A DNA stretch of 64,000 nucleotides from contig NC_043009.1 in the NCBI RefSeq assembly GCF_006345805.1, positions 70,680,001 to 70,744,000 of the forward strand. The letters are read 5' to 3'. The translations under genes were made by a program, and so were the position numbers. Source of the DNA: Octopus sinensis (taxonomy: Eukaryota). The stretch's first letter is position 1. Every line of letters begins with the position of its first letter. Below, one piece after another: positions 44,298 through 56,862 of this stretch. Under the pieces are notes generated by a model. It was not told the DNA's origin, did no database searches, and saw only the letters and a program-made list of their open reading frames with translations.

Positions 44298-46039
44298 TAA
44301 CCCTAAAACCTTAAAACCAGTACAAACGCACGAACGATGTCATAAATAACAGTGACAAACGAAACATACACCGCCGATAGTTGTTGAAAAACAACGGCAG
44401 TAATTTTATTCAGTTGAATACACGTCATTGATTGGTTAAAATTACCGAAATACGAGAACTTGAAGGTGAAATATCTTCGTAAATATAAGTTTTTCTCAAA
44501 AATGCTAAGAATAAAACATGTTTTATATGACACAGCCTACCAGTGTCCGAAGTTTGAAAGTGTTTAGTTACAAAAAATTATTTTTTAAATCTGTAGGTAA
44601 AAGGTAAAGATCCTACAGCGGTAGTAAAGCGAAAATGTAAGGTCTTTACATACAGGATCTGCTTTGTAAAGAACAACTTGGTGACAATAACGGAAATGTG
44701 TAATAATATTTGTAAGATAGGTACGTATAATTTTTCTCCTGTTTTATAAATTTCCTGCAGCAGTTTACTTGCGTCGGTGAAGAATCTCATCTACGTCGAT
44801 GTTACTGCTACTGGCGGACAACCTACGAAGACCACAGGCAGAGCTTTTTTTTCTGCTTCAAGATCAATGATGCAAACATTTACAAAAATACCACAATGCC
44901 TCTCACAACAACCAAACAAAAATATTTCAAGCTTGCAGTAAAACAGCAAAATCTGGCAAGAAAATAATAAACTTTCTGTATCAGGAAAATAAATACAAAT
45001 ATTCTTCACAACAGAATATTTTTGATGCCTGAGGAAAAAAAGAGTCTAATATTTTGGAAGTTTACCTTTCTGCGAAAGTGAAAAAAAGTCACTTGCCTTC
45101 AAAGACAGATGCAAAATCTTACCTATTGGCACTGGTTTGAGCAGGGATTGGTGGGAGGGGTGAGATGAAAAACCGTGGTAGATTCATTCTCAGCGACATA
45201 AGTGAACCTGTTTTATGATAAATATTACAATATTTTGCTTCTTTTTCTTTCTTTCTTTCTCACCCTGAATATGATAGACTGTATCATATACTTCTTCATC
45301 ATCACTGTGTTTCATAATCTAATTCTGTCAGCTGTTTGGTCGTCGCATCTGTTACAGTTATATGATTTATTTATGGACTAAAAATTATGTGCTACTTATA
45401 TTGTCATTTCTATTAAAAGCTTTATTTTGAATAAAAAGCCCCCCACCTTTCTTTTTTTGCTAAGAAGAGTAAACTCAAATTGTGGCAAAGACAGATGTGA
45501 GGAGAGAAAGGTGGGGTCATGGGTTCGGTACTTTTTCATGTATTGACCTGGATTAAATATATTTTCTATTAATCCTTTGAAATTCCATTTGGTGACGTAC
45601 TGTTTTGGGTGGAACACTGACAGAAGTGCCGAGCAGAATGACTGACTGTAATTACTCCGGCTTTCTTATGTTCCGATTTCAATTTTCGCTTAGGTCGACG
45701 CTGCTTTCCATTCCTTCCACGTTGATTGCTAATGAATCATCTTCGTATAGGAATCGATTTCCTTCTGTCTCCTCAATTTCTCCTGGGTTCAGACATTCAT
45801 CATTGACACAGTTGAAAACAGTGTATTGGTTTAAGATTTGTCTTTAAAATACTCAAACACGTTACTTTTATATCTCTATTGTCTTCTGTTGCCTTTAACA
45901 AGAATTCAAGCCAAATGATAATCTATCACACACTCTATCTAAAATGCATCATAAAATATTTATACTACTTACTACAGCAAACCACTGTTGGACGAAGTAA
46001 TTAATGACATTTTACTGAACCCCCTTCGGTCATGATTGT

Positions 46040-46326
46040 TTCCTAGAATGTTCCCCTCCGTGACGCAAGTCTAGGCACGATTGTTTGTCAAAGACCAGCA
46101 GTCACTCGTCCATACCAACCTCCCCTCTCCACGCCACCGATGTTATCCAAGGGAAGGTTGATACAGCATGGCACCCTTGACGTTGCAACTCATTTTTTCT
46201 ACAACTGAGGGAAATAGGGCAACGCGAAATAAAGTATCTTGCTCAAAAACACAACACAAGCCTGGTCCGAGAATTGAACTGACTACTTCATGATTGTGAT
46301 TCCGGCACTCTAATCACTGAGCCATG
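46040..46326 (-). mobile_element. tRNA-derived SINE
   Basis: Minus strand A-box TGGCTCAGTGATTAG and B-box GTTCAATTC at the 5' end (about 46285-46325). Confidence 0.75.
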
Positions 46327-46557
46327 ATATATATATGATATATATGATATATATGATACACACACACACACACACACACAACACAACACACACACACACA
46401 CACACACATTATATATATATATATATATATATATTGTATAGAGGGCATTATTACACAAAATGCCTCACACTAGGAGGGACAAGTCATTACTACCAAAAAT
46501 TATACTAATCATACCCAAATGCAGTTTTTCAAAGCAAGACATTTAAAAATGAATTAT

Positions 46558-46611
46558 GTTCTGTATCACCGTGATTTCACATACAACTTGCGTCTATGAT
46601 CGTCAGAGAAC
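46558..46611 (-). ncRNA. Type I hammerhead ribozyme (inverted copy)
   Basis: Minus: GTTCT-CTGACGA-T-CATA-GAC-GCAA-GTT-G-TATG-T-GAA-ATCAC-G-GTGAT-A-CAGAAC; stem I is 1 nt short in this copy. Confidence 0.65.
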
Positions 46612-47192
46612 TGATTCTGATACATCATAAATAAACTACCAACTTACGTAGCGGAGACGAACAGACACTGCTCACTCCGGCCAAGCACATGGAATGTTTA
46701 TAATCATATATCCGGTAAATGGCGGCTTTTTACGAACTGCATGTCGGTAAGTTGTATGTGAAATCACGGTGATACAGAACATAATTCTTTTAAATGTCTT
46801 GCTTGAAAACTGCATTTGGGTATGATTAGTATAATTTTTTGTAGTAATGACTTTGTCCCTCCTAGTGTGAGGCATTTATGTGTAATAATGCCCTCTATAC
46901 AATATAGATATAATTAATTTGTTCAAAAGAAAAAAATATTTTCGGATTCTTTTCTTTTATGAGTTTTTCACGCTAGCTACCGATAATTCTTGTTAAGATC
47001 CCTATTAAGAGATTATCCTAATTGTTAAACTTATTCCGAAATACTTTTCATTACCCGACATGCAGTTCGTAAAAGCCCGCCATTTACCGGTATATGATTG
47101 ATAAACATTCCATGTGCTTGGCCGGAGTGAGCAGTTGTCTGTTCGTCTCCGCTACGTAGGTTGGTAGTTTATTTATGATGTATTCAGAATCA

Positions 47193-47249
47193 GTTCTGCT
47201 GACGATCATTAGACGCAAGTTGTATGTGAAATCACGTGTGATACAGAAC
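47193..47249 (+). ncRNA. Type I hammerhead ribozyme
   Basis: Stem I GTTCTG(47193-98)/CAGAAC(47244-49); core CTGACGA 47199-47205; stem II with GCAA loop; GAAA 47228-31; stem III ATCAC/GTGAT; AUA site, cut after 47243. Confidence 0.8.
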
Positions 47250-47669
47250 ATAATTCATTTTTAAATGTCTTGCTTTGAAAAACTGCATTTGGGTATGATT
47301 AGTATAATTTTTGGTAGTAATGACTTTGTCCCTCCTAGTGTGAGGCATTTATGTGTAATAATGCCCTCTATACAATATAGATATAATTAATTGTTCAAAA
47401 GAAAAAAATTATTTTCGGATTCTTTTCTTTTATGAGGTTTTCACGCTAGCTACCCTCGATAATTTCTTGTTAAGATCCCTTATTAAGAGATTATCCGTAA
47501 TTGTTAAACTTATTCCGAAATACTTTTCATTACCCGACATGCAGTTCGTAAAAAGCCGCCATTTACCGGATAATGATTTAAACATTCCATGTGCTGGCCG
47601 GAGTGAGCAGTTGTCTGTTCGTCTCCGCTACGTAAGGTTGGTAGTTTATTTATGATGTATTCAGAATCA

Positions 47670-47725
47670 GTTCTGCTGACGATCATTAGCCGCAAGTTGT
47701 ATGTGAAATCACGGTGATACAGAAC
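47670..47725 (+). ncRNA. Type I hammerhead ribozyme
   Basis: Same architecture as 47193-47249; palindromic stem III ATCAC-G-GTGAT; cut after 47719, 476 nt from the previous site. Confidence 0.8.
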
Positions 47726-47994
47726 ATAATTCATTTTTAAATGTCTTGCTTTGAAAAACTGCATTTGTGTATGATTAGTATAATTTTTGGTAGTAATGAC
47801 TTTGTCCCTCCTAGTGTGAGGCATTTATGTGTAATAATGCCCTCTATACAATATAGATATAATAATTTGTTCAAAAGAAAAAAATTATTTTCGGATTCTT
47901 TTCTTTTATGAGGTTTTCACGCTAGCTACCCGATAATTTCTTGTTAAGATCCCTAATTAAGAGATTATCCTAATTGTTAAACTTATATATATAT

Positions 47995-48043
<49 letters not shown>

Positions 48044-48061
48044 ATATATATATATATATAT

Positions 48062-48104
<43 letters not shown>

Positions 48105-50157
48105 CACTCTCTATGGATGAGGTGTTTGGTGTATTTCTATAGCCGTAGACTCTGCTAAAGTAGCAACATCCCTGAGAATAGTTAATTAAAATAGTGTTCT
48201 TTAAGCGTTAGAGACGTAGATTTTCTTATGATCAGGTCATTATTGAGAATCTTATCTCTCTAAGTTTTTCAGTGAAAGGAAGCCGATCATTTAAGATAAA
48301 GAATAATGAATTATTTTCTATTATCAATAGCGGATATTGAAAATAATCATTGTTTCTACTTTTTCATTAAACAATTACAGCTGAATTAAGATCTTTATTG
48401 TTTAATTAACTCACAGATGTGTGAGTCAAATCACTGTTAATTGGTGACAGAAGAAAATTGGTTAATTGACTGTTAAATAAATACCAGTATACCCTGATAA
48501 TATCAACTTGTTAAAGATTCTTTATTATTAGGCGTCAGTAAAGAATTATGGGTTGGTAAAACCGTTAGGGTAGCTGTCTAAGTAACTGTGCCGAGTTCTA
48601 GTTCCACATAGATCGAGTTTTCATTGTATCATTTGGGCAGATATAAAATAAATACTATTTAATGCAAAGGTTTTGTATTTTGGTTTTGCCGCGAAGCTAT
48701 AACCGTTTCCCCTGCTGCAGTTGTCGACGGTGCTGAGGATGCAAAACAAGAGACAACGCGTTTAGAAGTCATTAATTTGCATCACAGAGTCCACATTGTA
48801 ATTGTTTTGTCGTCGATAGACTCAACTCTCAACGAATGATGTCATATAATATGAAATATAGAGTGTACGGGAACAGAACTCCACGTTGTAATGCAGACAC
48901 ATCTGTAGTCAGGTGGCGGATTGGCAGTATCGCTAGAGAGTCGATTAGAATGCCCCCCGTTATTTCATTCAGATCCCAGAGGTTTGAGTTCAAACATTAC
49001 TGAAACTAAATTTTCTTCTATGCTTTCGCGGTAATTAAACTTTCACCCAAGAACTGAACTTGACTTTTTCTTCCTCGCTGATGCTAAGTAGACAGCGATG
49101 ATGAAAGTAATAAAATGGTCAATAATTTTTAAAAAATGCACACCCATGTAATTTGCTATCCGAAAAAAGTGACCTTTGCCTTAAGAAAGCATTGAGTATA
49201 CTGCTGAGTAATGGGAACCTGGTAAACAAGCATGATGGGAAAATTCCAAGGTAACCACCGCGCCTAATATGCATTTTCAAGATGGAACATTGTATAAAAA
49301 TAATAATAACTATCATTCTATTTTACTACACCCATCCTTTCCTTTTCACGTCTATATACATGATGGAGTGTTCGCATATATAATGGTGTGGCCAACGATA
49401 CACCTATGTTCATGATTATGGATAGATATATGTATGTGCGTCTATGCATGGGTGTGAATATGTTTATTGATCGATATGTGTGTAGGGGGTGCACGTATGT
49501 ATATTCGTACTTATATATGTATATATGTGTGTGTGTGTATGTATGTATGGGGACGCTCAGAGATGTAGTTGTATGTATATGTGTGTCAGTGATTATATAT
49601 GTATGAGCGCGTGTGTGAGTGTATTTTGCGAAATAATAAAATTTATCACGTGCAACCTAACCTGTGAAACAAAGTGGACAGCCAGAGTATCCAATGCCGC
49701 CCATGTCGATCGTACCGAGGCACGTCGTCGACAGCGACAGGATGGGAACTGCCAGCGTTTACTAGATTCAAAAGAGCCAGTTGGATGTGTTAGCATCAAG
49801 TTGAAAATTTATGATGATGATGATGATGATGATAGAGATTATATATCACATGAGGAGATACAAATTTGATCCCATTATAGATCCGTTGCTTAATTTAAAT
49901 CCTGTGTATATGTGGATCTATGTTGTATAGAAACATATGTAGGGTTTCGTAATTAACAATCTAACTGTATTCCTTCCTATTGACTCTATTTATTCAATTT
50001 TTATTTTTCACACACGACGAATGCCTAAGCCTACACTTCGAATACTACCGGCTATTTGGTAATTCTAAGGGTGAACGAGGTCTATTTTGCACTCTAATAC
50101 GTTCCTAACGTCTATTTTTAGCATGCATACAAAGGATCCACATAGTGACCTCTTATA

Positions 50158-50236
<79 letters not shown>

Positions 50237-50238
<2 letters not shown>

Positions 50239-50405
50239 AGAGTTTACGAAAAAAACAAAAGACAAAGACAGGTGGTGTACAAAACAAACAGATGTATTAG
50301 TATAACGCTCAGGAATAGAAAAACTCTTTTACGTTTCGAGCCTACGCTCTTCTACAGAAAGGGACTAAGAAAAAACAAGGAGAGAAAAACATGTGTGTAG
50401 TGGCT
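50237..50405 (-). mobile_element. Penelope-like terminal fragment
   Basis: Same family as 13982-14135; TA-flanked; carries a hammerhead-like motif. Confidence 0.6.
50326..50361 (-). ncRNA. Minimal hammerhead ribozyme, variant core CUGUAGA
   Basis: Minus: CTTT-CTGTAGA-A-GAGC-GTAG-GCTC-GAAAC-GTA-AAAG; stem I CTTT/AAAG; GUA site. Confidence 0.55.
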
Positions 50406-50437
50406 AACGATCTATATATATAATACGTACACTATAT

Positions 50438-50490
<53 letters not shown>

Positions 50491-51138
50491 ATACGTACAT
50501 ACATGTGTACACACACGCTTGTACGTGTATACACACGTACACACGCATAAATACACACATACCCACATCATTTGAACCCCGCAGAACAGAACCCCGCAAC
50601 ACAATTCAGAAAACTACTCACAACCATTCTCCCCAGAGACTAATATTTTCCAGAGAAACGTTGTTGTTTATAAACGCACTTCACACTTTCTCGGAGCGTT
50701 GCAATTTATCATTTGTCCAGAACGTTCTAGATTATGTTTGCCGTTACGGCATGCACAAATACTTTCTTCTGCTTCAATTAATAGATGCAACCACAATATT
50801 TTTTTCTATTCTGTTTATGTTTTATTTTTTTTTACTTAATGATGTAGACTATGTTTGTTTGTGTTTTTTCTTTTATTTATTTATTTATTTTTGATGTTGT
50901 GATACTTATTTTGATAAACAAAAAAATAATATTGCTGATCTTTCTGCTCTGTTTCTCAAGTTCGTACTTTGATTTTCATGGCGTTGTTTAAAATTTCCTT
51001 CAGACATAATAATATATCCGTGGCTAACGGCTTTCCACTGTCTATCATTGATGTCAGTTGGTAGGGCACGGAAAGAAATCATGTTGACTCCAAAAGCTTG
51101 ACTGAGTAACATGAGTTTGTACACACAAGTCTGCTTGT

Positions 51139-51180
<42 letters not shown>

Positions 51181-52077
51181 ATACATTCATACATACAAAG
51201 TGTGTACATGAACATGTCTATCGTTCCCTATGCATACACACACGCTTATATTCATACTTCAATATACATACAAGCCTATGCACATGAGTGTGTGTGTGTA
51301 GACTAGCAAATTAAAAAAAACTGGCAGTAGCAGACCATCGTCTACGGCCATTGATATGAATCGCTAGCGTCTGAACGAATTAATTCGCGCACAGAAAATT
51401 CACAAACGTACAGCCAGCGATTTTGGCTGTTCAGTCATCTCCCATGCATTGCCCACCTAATATCCGGTTCCCTCCGATTTCCACCTGTTTGACTGAAGGA
51501 AGCAAAGTCTTTGCAGACAGCGATTTGATGTTTCAGAGGAAGAGAATGTAGCTATGAAAGCGTGTACAGAAATGCAGTAATTTTTTCAAGGGGGATTTTG
51601 AGAGTTGCATCGATTGGCATGAAGACTATGGTAAGTTGTGTCTTTATGTAAAGGACGAGTTACTCCCTCAACACGTGTTCAGTATTCGGAACAGCCTTTT
51701 TAATAAAAATAAGTTATGCTCACGTTTTTGTTACCTTCAGGACATGTTGCAAATTTTCAAGAGGGAAGAACATCATTTTGGAGCTTTCTAACTCGCAGCG
51801 TCTGTGTAACTTGACGTTTGCACTTTCAGCGATTTTCTTCGCTCTACGAAATTCTTCCCAAAGATGCTCAGCAAGGAGATTCTTCTGCGGGTTTTGCGAT
51901 TGTTTTGACCCCTCCTTATACTTGAACATTATTGCAGTCTCTCGTGTCCTGTGGTACTTTTTCTTACCAATATTAGCTCAGCAGTTTGTATATTTAACCA
52001 CGACAGGATGCTCTTTGCATTTGGGGCAATACCATCCAACGTCATCGCTATATAAGTCGGAAGACACAAAACTTGAA

Positions 52078-52230
52078 CCACCACCGCTTGACAATTGGCT
52101 TATTTCCGTCCCCGTAACTTAACAGTTGTCCATAAGAGACCGATAGATTAAGAACCAGACCTTGAAAATTAATGCTTGGGGTTGATTCATTCGGCTAAAG
52201 GAATTCTTCAAGGAAAAGATAAAAGATATG
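52078..52230 (+). mobile_element. SINE 3' fragment (family of 919-1275) lacking the LINE-derived stem-loop
   Basis: ccaccgcttgacaa..ccgtccccgtaacttaac..ggggttgattcattcggctaaa..cttcaagg joined directly to the AAAAGATAAAAGATA tail. Confidence 0.7.
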
Positions 52231-52772
52231 TATGTGTGTGTGCCATCGTTCAGTTTTATTTCAAGAGTTCTTGCCAATAGAAAAAGAATCGGTTTCTAAC
52301 CTAGATTCAAGGCTTCTTCATTGGAATTTCTACTTCAACAACAGGGTATTTTGCTTGCATGCATGCATGCATGTATGTATGTATGTATGTATGTATGTAT
52401 GTATGTATGCATGCATGCATGTATGCATGCATGCATGTATGTAGTCGTGCTTTAGAACCTACTCACCTGACGACGTGAAGGAACACAGCTATTGTTGGAT
52501 CTTATAAATGCAATAAGTTGCATAATATATGAAACACCAATTAGCAGCCGATAATGATGCTCAGGTACAACCGTAGTGTTTGGGATTAAAGCTAGGTCAT
52601 TCCATCTTCTTGTATTATGATTTTATTTACGTTTATGAGTTGTGTGGCAATGACCGGATTTCTATATATATATCTAGTAGTAAAAGCAGAATTCTTGCTG
52701 TATTATAGCCGACACTCATGGAGAGACTTTGCGAAACCCGGTATTAGGCTATTGCCCAGATGATATATATAC

Positions 52773-52810
<38 letters not shown>

Positions 52811-52811
52811 G

Positions 52812-52863
<52 letters not shown>

Positions 52864-52871
52864 ATCATATG

Positions 52872-52913
<42 letters not shown>

Positions 52914-52936
52914 GTATATATATATATATATGTATA

Positions 52937-53002
<66 letters not shown>

Positions 53003-53139
53003 GTATATATATATATATATATATATAATATACTATGTATATATTATATATATATATATATACATATGTATATATATATACATATTATATATATATATAT
53101 ATATATATACATATGTATAATATATATATATTACATATG

Positions 53140-53213
<74 letters not shown>

Positions 53214-53215
<2 letters not shown>

Positions 53216-53587
53216 TTTGATACTTTGATACTTTGATAGGTTTCGGCCATTATTGGCCAGGCCATGTCTAACTTAATAGCACCACCTGGTGAAGTCTTTC
53301 AAGTCAAATTTTGGCACTATGGCCTACTCAAGTAGAGAGTTATTGTTTACAGAGACATATCCGGGTGTAGGGGGTTTATCCGGGATTTCTTGAAGGAATC
53401 TGTTCAAAGACTTCTTGAACCCTATAGGGTCAGTTTCTGTTTTTAATGTGTTTTGGTGTAATGTTAAAGAGAGCGGGGCCATTGAAGTGAATATTGTGCC
53501 GTATTGTTGTTATGAGATGAGAGTGCGATTTTTTTTTGGGCGGATGGCACGGGGCCCAAGCCTGGATGTACCTTAAAGGTGATGCCA

Positions 53588-53590
<3 letters not shown>
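53214..53590 (-). mobile_element. APE-RT LINE family 4, short 3' fragment (copy F)
   Basis: Minus: HFNGPALFNITPKHIKTETDPIGFKKSLNRFLQEIPDKPPTPGYVSVNNNSLLE; 3' CATGGCC-T-GGCCA-ATAA-TGGCC-GAAAC and (ATCAAAGT)3 tail. Confidence 0.85.
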
Positions 53591-53623
<33 letters not shown>

Positions 53624-53699
53624 CATATGTATATATATATATAATATAATATAATATAATATAATATATATATTATATTTAATATATATATATATATAC

Positions 53700-53731
<32 letters not shown>

Positions 53732-53733
53732 AC

Positions 53734-53764
<31 letters not shown>

Positions 53765-53849
53765 CTCTCTTACTCTTTTACTTGTTTCAGCCATCCGGCT
53801 GAGGCCATGCTGGGGCACGCCCTTGTTGCTACCCTCTCTAAGTCCTTTG

Positions 53850-56800
53850 CCGTGGCTGGCCACTGATCTAAGAGAGAGTTTGTAGCTGCTGCCCTTAGGT
53901 TCCCTCGTACCTTGCAGTGGGTCATCTGGGATCCCGGAAAGCAGCTTGTCTAGATGTTTTTTGAAAATGTCCACATCCGCATCATGCAGATCTCTTAGTT
54001 TTCTTGGCAGTTTGTTGAAAAGCTGATGGCCCCTGAACCCAGGCTATTACAGTATCTGCTCCTTACCCTGGATGTGGAAGACGGGACCTTTGGCACCACA
54101 CAGTGACGTCCTGTACGGGGATTGGAACAGCTCTCAATTCCAAAATTTGGTGCTAGTCCCTCCAGGATTTTCCATATGTATATCACTGCATATCTCTCTC
54201 GTCTTCGTTCCAAGGAGTACAAATTGAGTTCCCTAAGCCTCTCCCAATAGTTCTTTTCTTTCATGGTGGAAATCCTCTTGGTGAAATGTCTTTGGATTGT
54301 CTCAAGCTCTGTGGTTAGTTTGACACTATGCGGTGACCACAGTTGGGAGCAGTAGTCCAGGCGGCTTAGGACAAATGTCCTCCATAGTGTCAACATGGTC
54401 TCGCAGTCTCTTGTCCGGAATGTCCTCAGGATCCAGCCAGTGAGTCGTCTGCACATTGTCGCCACCTTCGCGCGTGTGAAGAAAAAGATGCATCGTCACT
54501 CATGTCTATCCCCAGGTCCCGTATTGATTTCGATACTGGGATTTCGATCCCTCCTGGACCAGTATAGTTGTGTTGTAATGTATATGTGTTTACAGCTTGA
54601 TATTGTAAGGCTTGAAATTTACCAGCATTAAATTGCATGTTGTTGTCTTCAGCCCATTTGTATATGGCATCCAGATCTTGTTGTAAAAGGTCAGCATCAG
54701 CTGGGTTTTTGATTGCCTGTGCTACCTTTGTGTCATCAGCATAGCTAGTGAGGGATGTTGTTTGTGCTACCAAGGGCATGTCAGAGAGCGCCACCAAAAA
54801 CAGCAAGGGTCCCAAGACTGTGCCCTGTGGCACCCCGCTTGCTATTGGTGTCTTTCCCGAGAGGGCTCCATTGGCTGCAACCATCTGGCTTCTGTCCTTC
54901 AGGAAGTCATGTATCCACTCACCTACTTTTCCTGTTATGCCGAGTCTGAGTAATTTGTGACATATCACTCTCCGTGGTCGACTTTGTCAAAGGCCTTCGC
55001 AAAGTCGAGATATACCACATCCACCTGTGAGCGATCCAGTAGTTGTTTCAGTACCCAGTCGTAGTGTTGTAACAGCTGCGTAAGGCAGCTTCTCCCTGGG
55101 CGAAAGCCATGCTGTGTGTCAGTGAGACGGTTAGTTTCTTCGAGGAACGTGATCAGTTTTTTTCTGATGATTCGTTCCATGACCTTACTTATGTGTGACG
55201 TCAGGGAGACTGGCCTGTAGTTTTTGGCCTCTGCTCTACTCCCTCCTTTGTGGATAGGGCATATGGTGCCTTCTTTTAGCGCCCTGGGCAGTTTACCGTT
55301 AGCCAAGGAACCACTGAAGAGCTTCTTCAGTGGTCCCGCTAGGGCATGCCTGCATGTTTTTAGGAGGACTGCTGGGAATCCATCTGGTCCAGCAGCTGAG
55401 TTTATTCTCATTTCTTCTATGGCAGATATTACATCCCTCTCTGTTATGTCTATGTGGTCGATGGTTGTTGTTTGGTTTTGGAGTGTTGTGGTATCAAAGA
55501 AAACTTCTGGGTTTGTGATTTGCATGTGCCCCAGAGGGGATGTGAACACACTTTTATACTGTTCCTTTAGTATTTCACTTATCCCTTGGGGGTCCTCAGT
55601 TAGAGAGCCCTTTTTATCAAAGAGTGGGCCAATCTTGCAGTGTACCGAGGTGGTTTCTTTCGCAAATTTAAAGAAGGCTTTAGGGTTTGTTTTAATATTC
55701 TCTATGCCCTGGCTTCTCTCTCTGTCCTCTCTCCTTCTCATAGGAAAGTTTGAGTGCAGTTTCCGTTTCAAAAAGTTTCAGGTGGAGTCCCTCATTGTTT
55801 CTCTGCCGCCGTGCATTCAGTTGCTTCGAGAGCTTAGCTCTTCGCCTCATAAGTATTTTCCTGTCTCTGGGAATAACGTTCCTATGCCCGCTGGCTTTTT
55901 TCTCCGGGACAAACTTATGGCATATGTTCTGTATTGTTATCATGAAATGTTGGAAATGTGTGTTGGTGTCTTGTGTGGTGATGAAGTCACTCCAGTCATG
56001 TTTTCGGATCTCTTCGTTGATCTTCTTCCAGTTTGCCTTATGGAAGTTTAGACTGGATAGGCCTGTGGTATTTTCTAATGGCTGCGTCTCAACTAACTCT
56101 CTCATACCAATATCATTACCTCTACTACTAAGTTGTGATCTGAGAGAATTGTTGGTGTTACCATTATGTTGTGGATGAGCATCGGGTTGCTTGTGAAACA
56201 GAGGTCCAAGACATTCTCACCTCTTGTTGGCCAAAGCACTGCTTGCTCCATGAAAAACTTGCCTGTGAGAGCCAACAAGGACTCTGTCTGTCTCTGTTCA
56301 AGTGATGTAATTCCAGGGAGGAGATGCCATCTGGCCATTTGACTTTCGGAAGGTTAAAATCTCCCAGCAGTAGAATGGTGTTACCCTGGTCCAGTTTGTC
56401 CAGGACTTCTTCTATTCTTCTGAGGCTATCTTCAAACACTCCTTCATGACTAGGGGTGTCTGGTGGCCGATATGTGACACATATTACTATTTTCGGTTGT
56501 TTCATGTGTACTATCAGTGTGTCACAGACTGAGTTGGAGTGTGTCAACAGTACTATGGGTGTGACATCTTCACGGACGTACAGGGCAACCCCACCATGAG
56601 TTCTTTCTTTCCTGTCCGACCGAAAAACAGTATACTTCGGTATGTGTATTTCTGCATCTGCTATACTGCTTGACAGGTGCGTTTCAGTCAGTGCTATGCA
56701 TATTGCATGGTTGCTTGTGCTCAAGTCCCTAAGGTAAGGAATTTTACCCATATTAGTGGGTTTCACCAGACCTCTGACATTCAGCAGAAGCACTGGTGAG

Positions 56801-56862
56801 ACACCCGGGGTGTCAATAAAGGCTGACGGTGTGGCACCTGGGCCGGCGTCAGCGGTGGCCAC
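53850..56862 (-). pseudogene. LINE ORF2: AP endonuclease + reverse transcriptase (several frameshifts)
   Basis: APE: LNVRGL, LTETHL, RSDR..GGVALYV, YRPP, LGDFN, LDLCFT, SDHN. RT: [58 protein letters not shown]. Confidence 0.97.

Larger units (their letters stand above)
46433..47986. mobile_element. Retrozyme-like / Penelope pLTR tandem array: ~2.6 direct copies of a ~476-bp unit plus a 5' inverted copy
   Basis: Units start at about 46751, 47220 and 47696; 46433-46750 is the reverse complement of about 47050-47375. One hammerhead per unit, TA flanks, no ORF. Confidence 0.8.

Noticed and set aside
44295-44322. CCTAACCCTAA telomere-like motif beside the Tx1 fragment
   Set aside because: Fewer than two full units; insufficient to claim telomere targeting.
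44752-45010. Splice-acceptor-like ttcctgcag followed by open frames
   Set aside because: No recognisable protein, matching donor or neighbouring exons.
49640-49835. Possible RTE 3' end with (GAT)n tail
   Set aside because: No convincing conserved motif.
52700-52752. Hammerhead-like GAAACCCGGTA..AGGCTAT
   Set aside because: The core is degenerate (CTCATGGA) and stem I is out of register; at most a decayed Penelope terminus.
53240-53270. Hammerhead suggested by GGCC-stem + GAAAC at LINE 3' ends
   Set aside because: No CUGANGA core or stems I/III; explained as the LINE 3' recognition hairpin.
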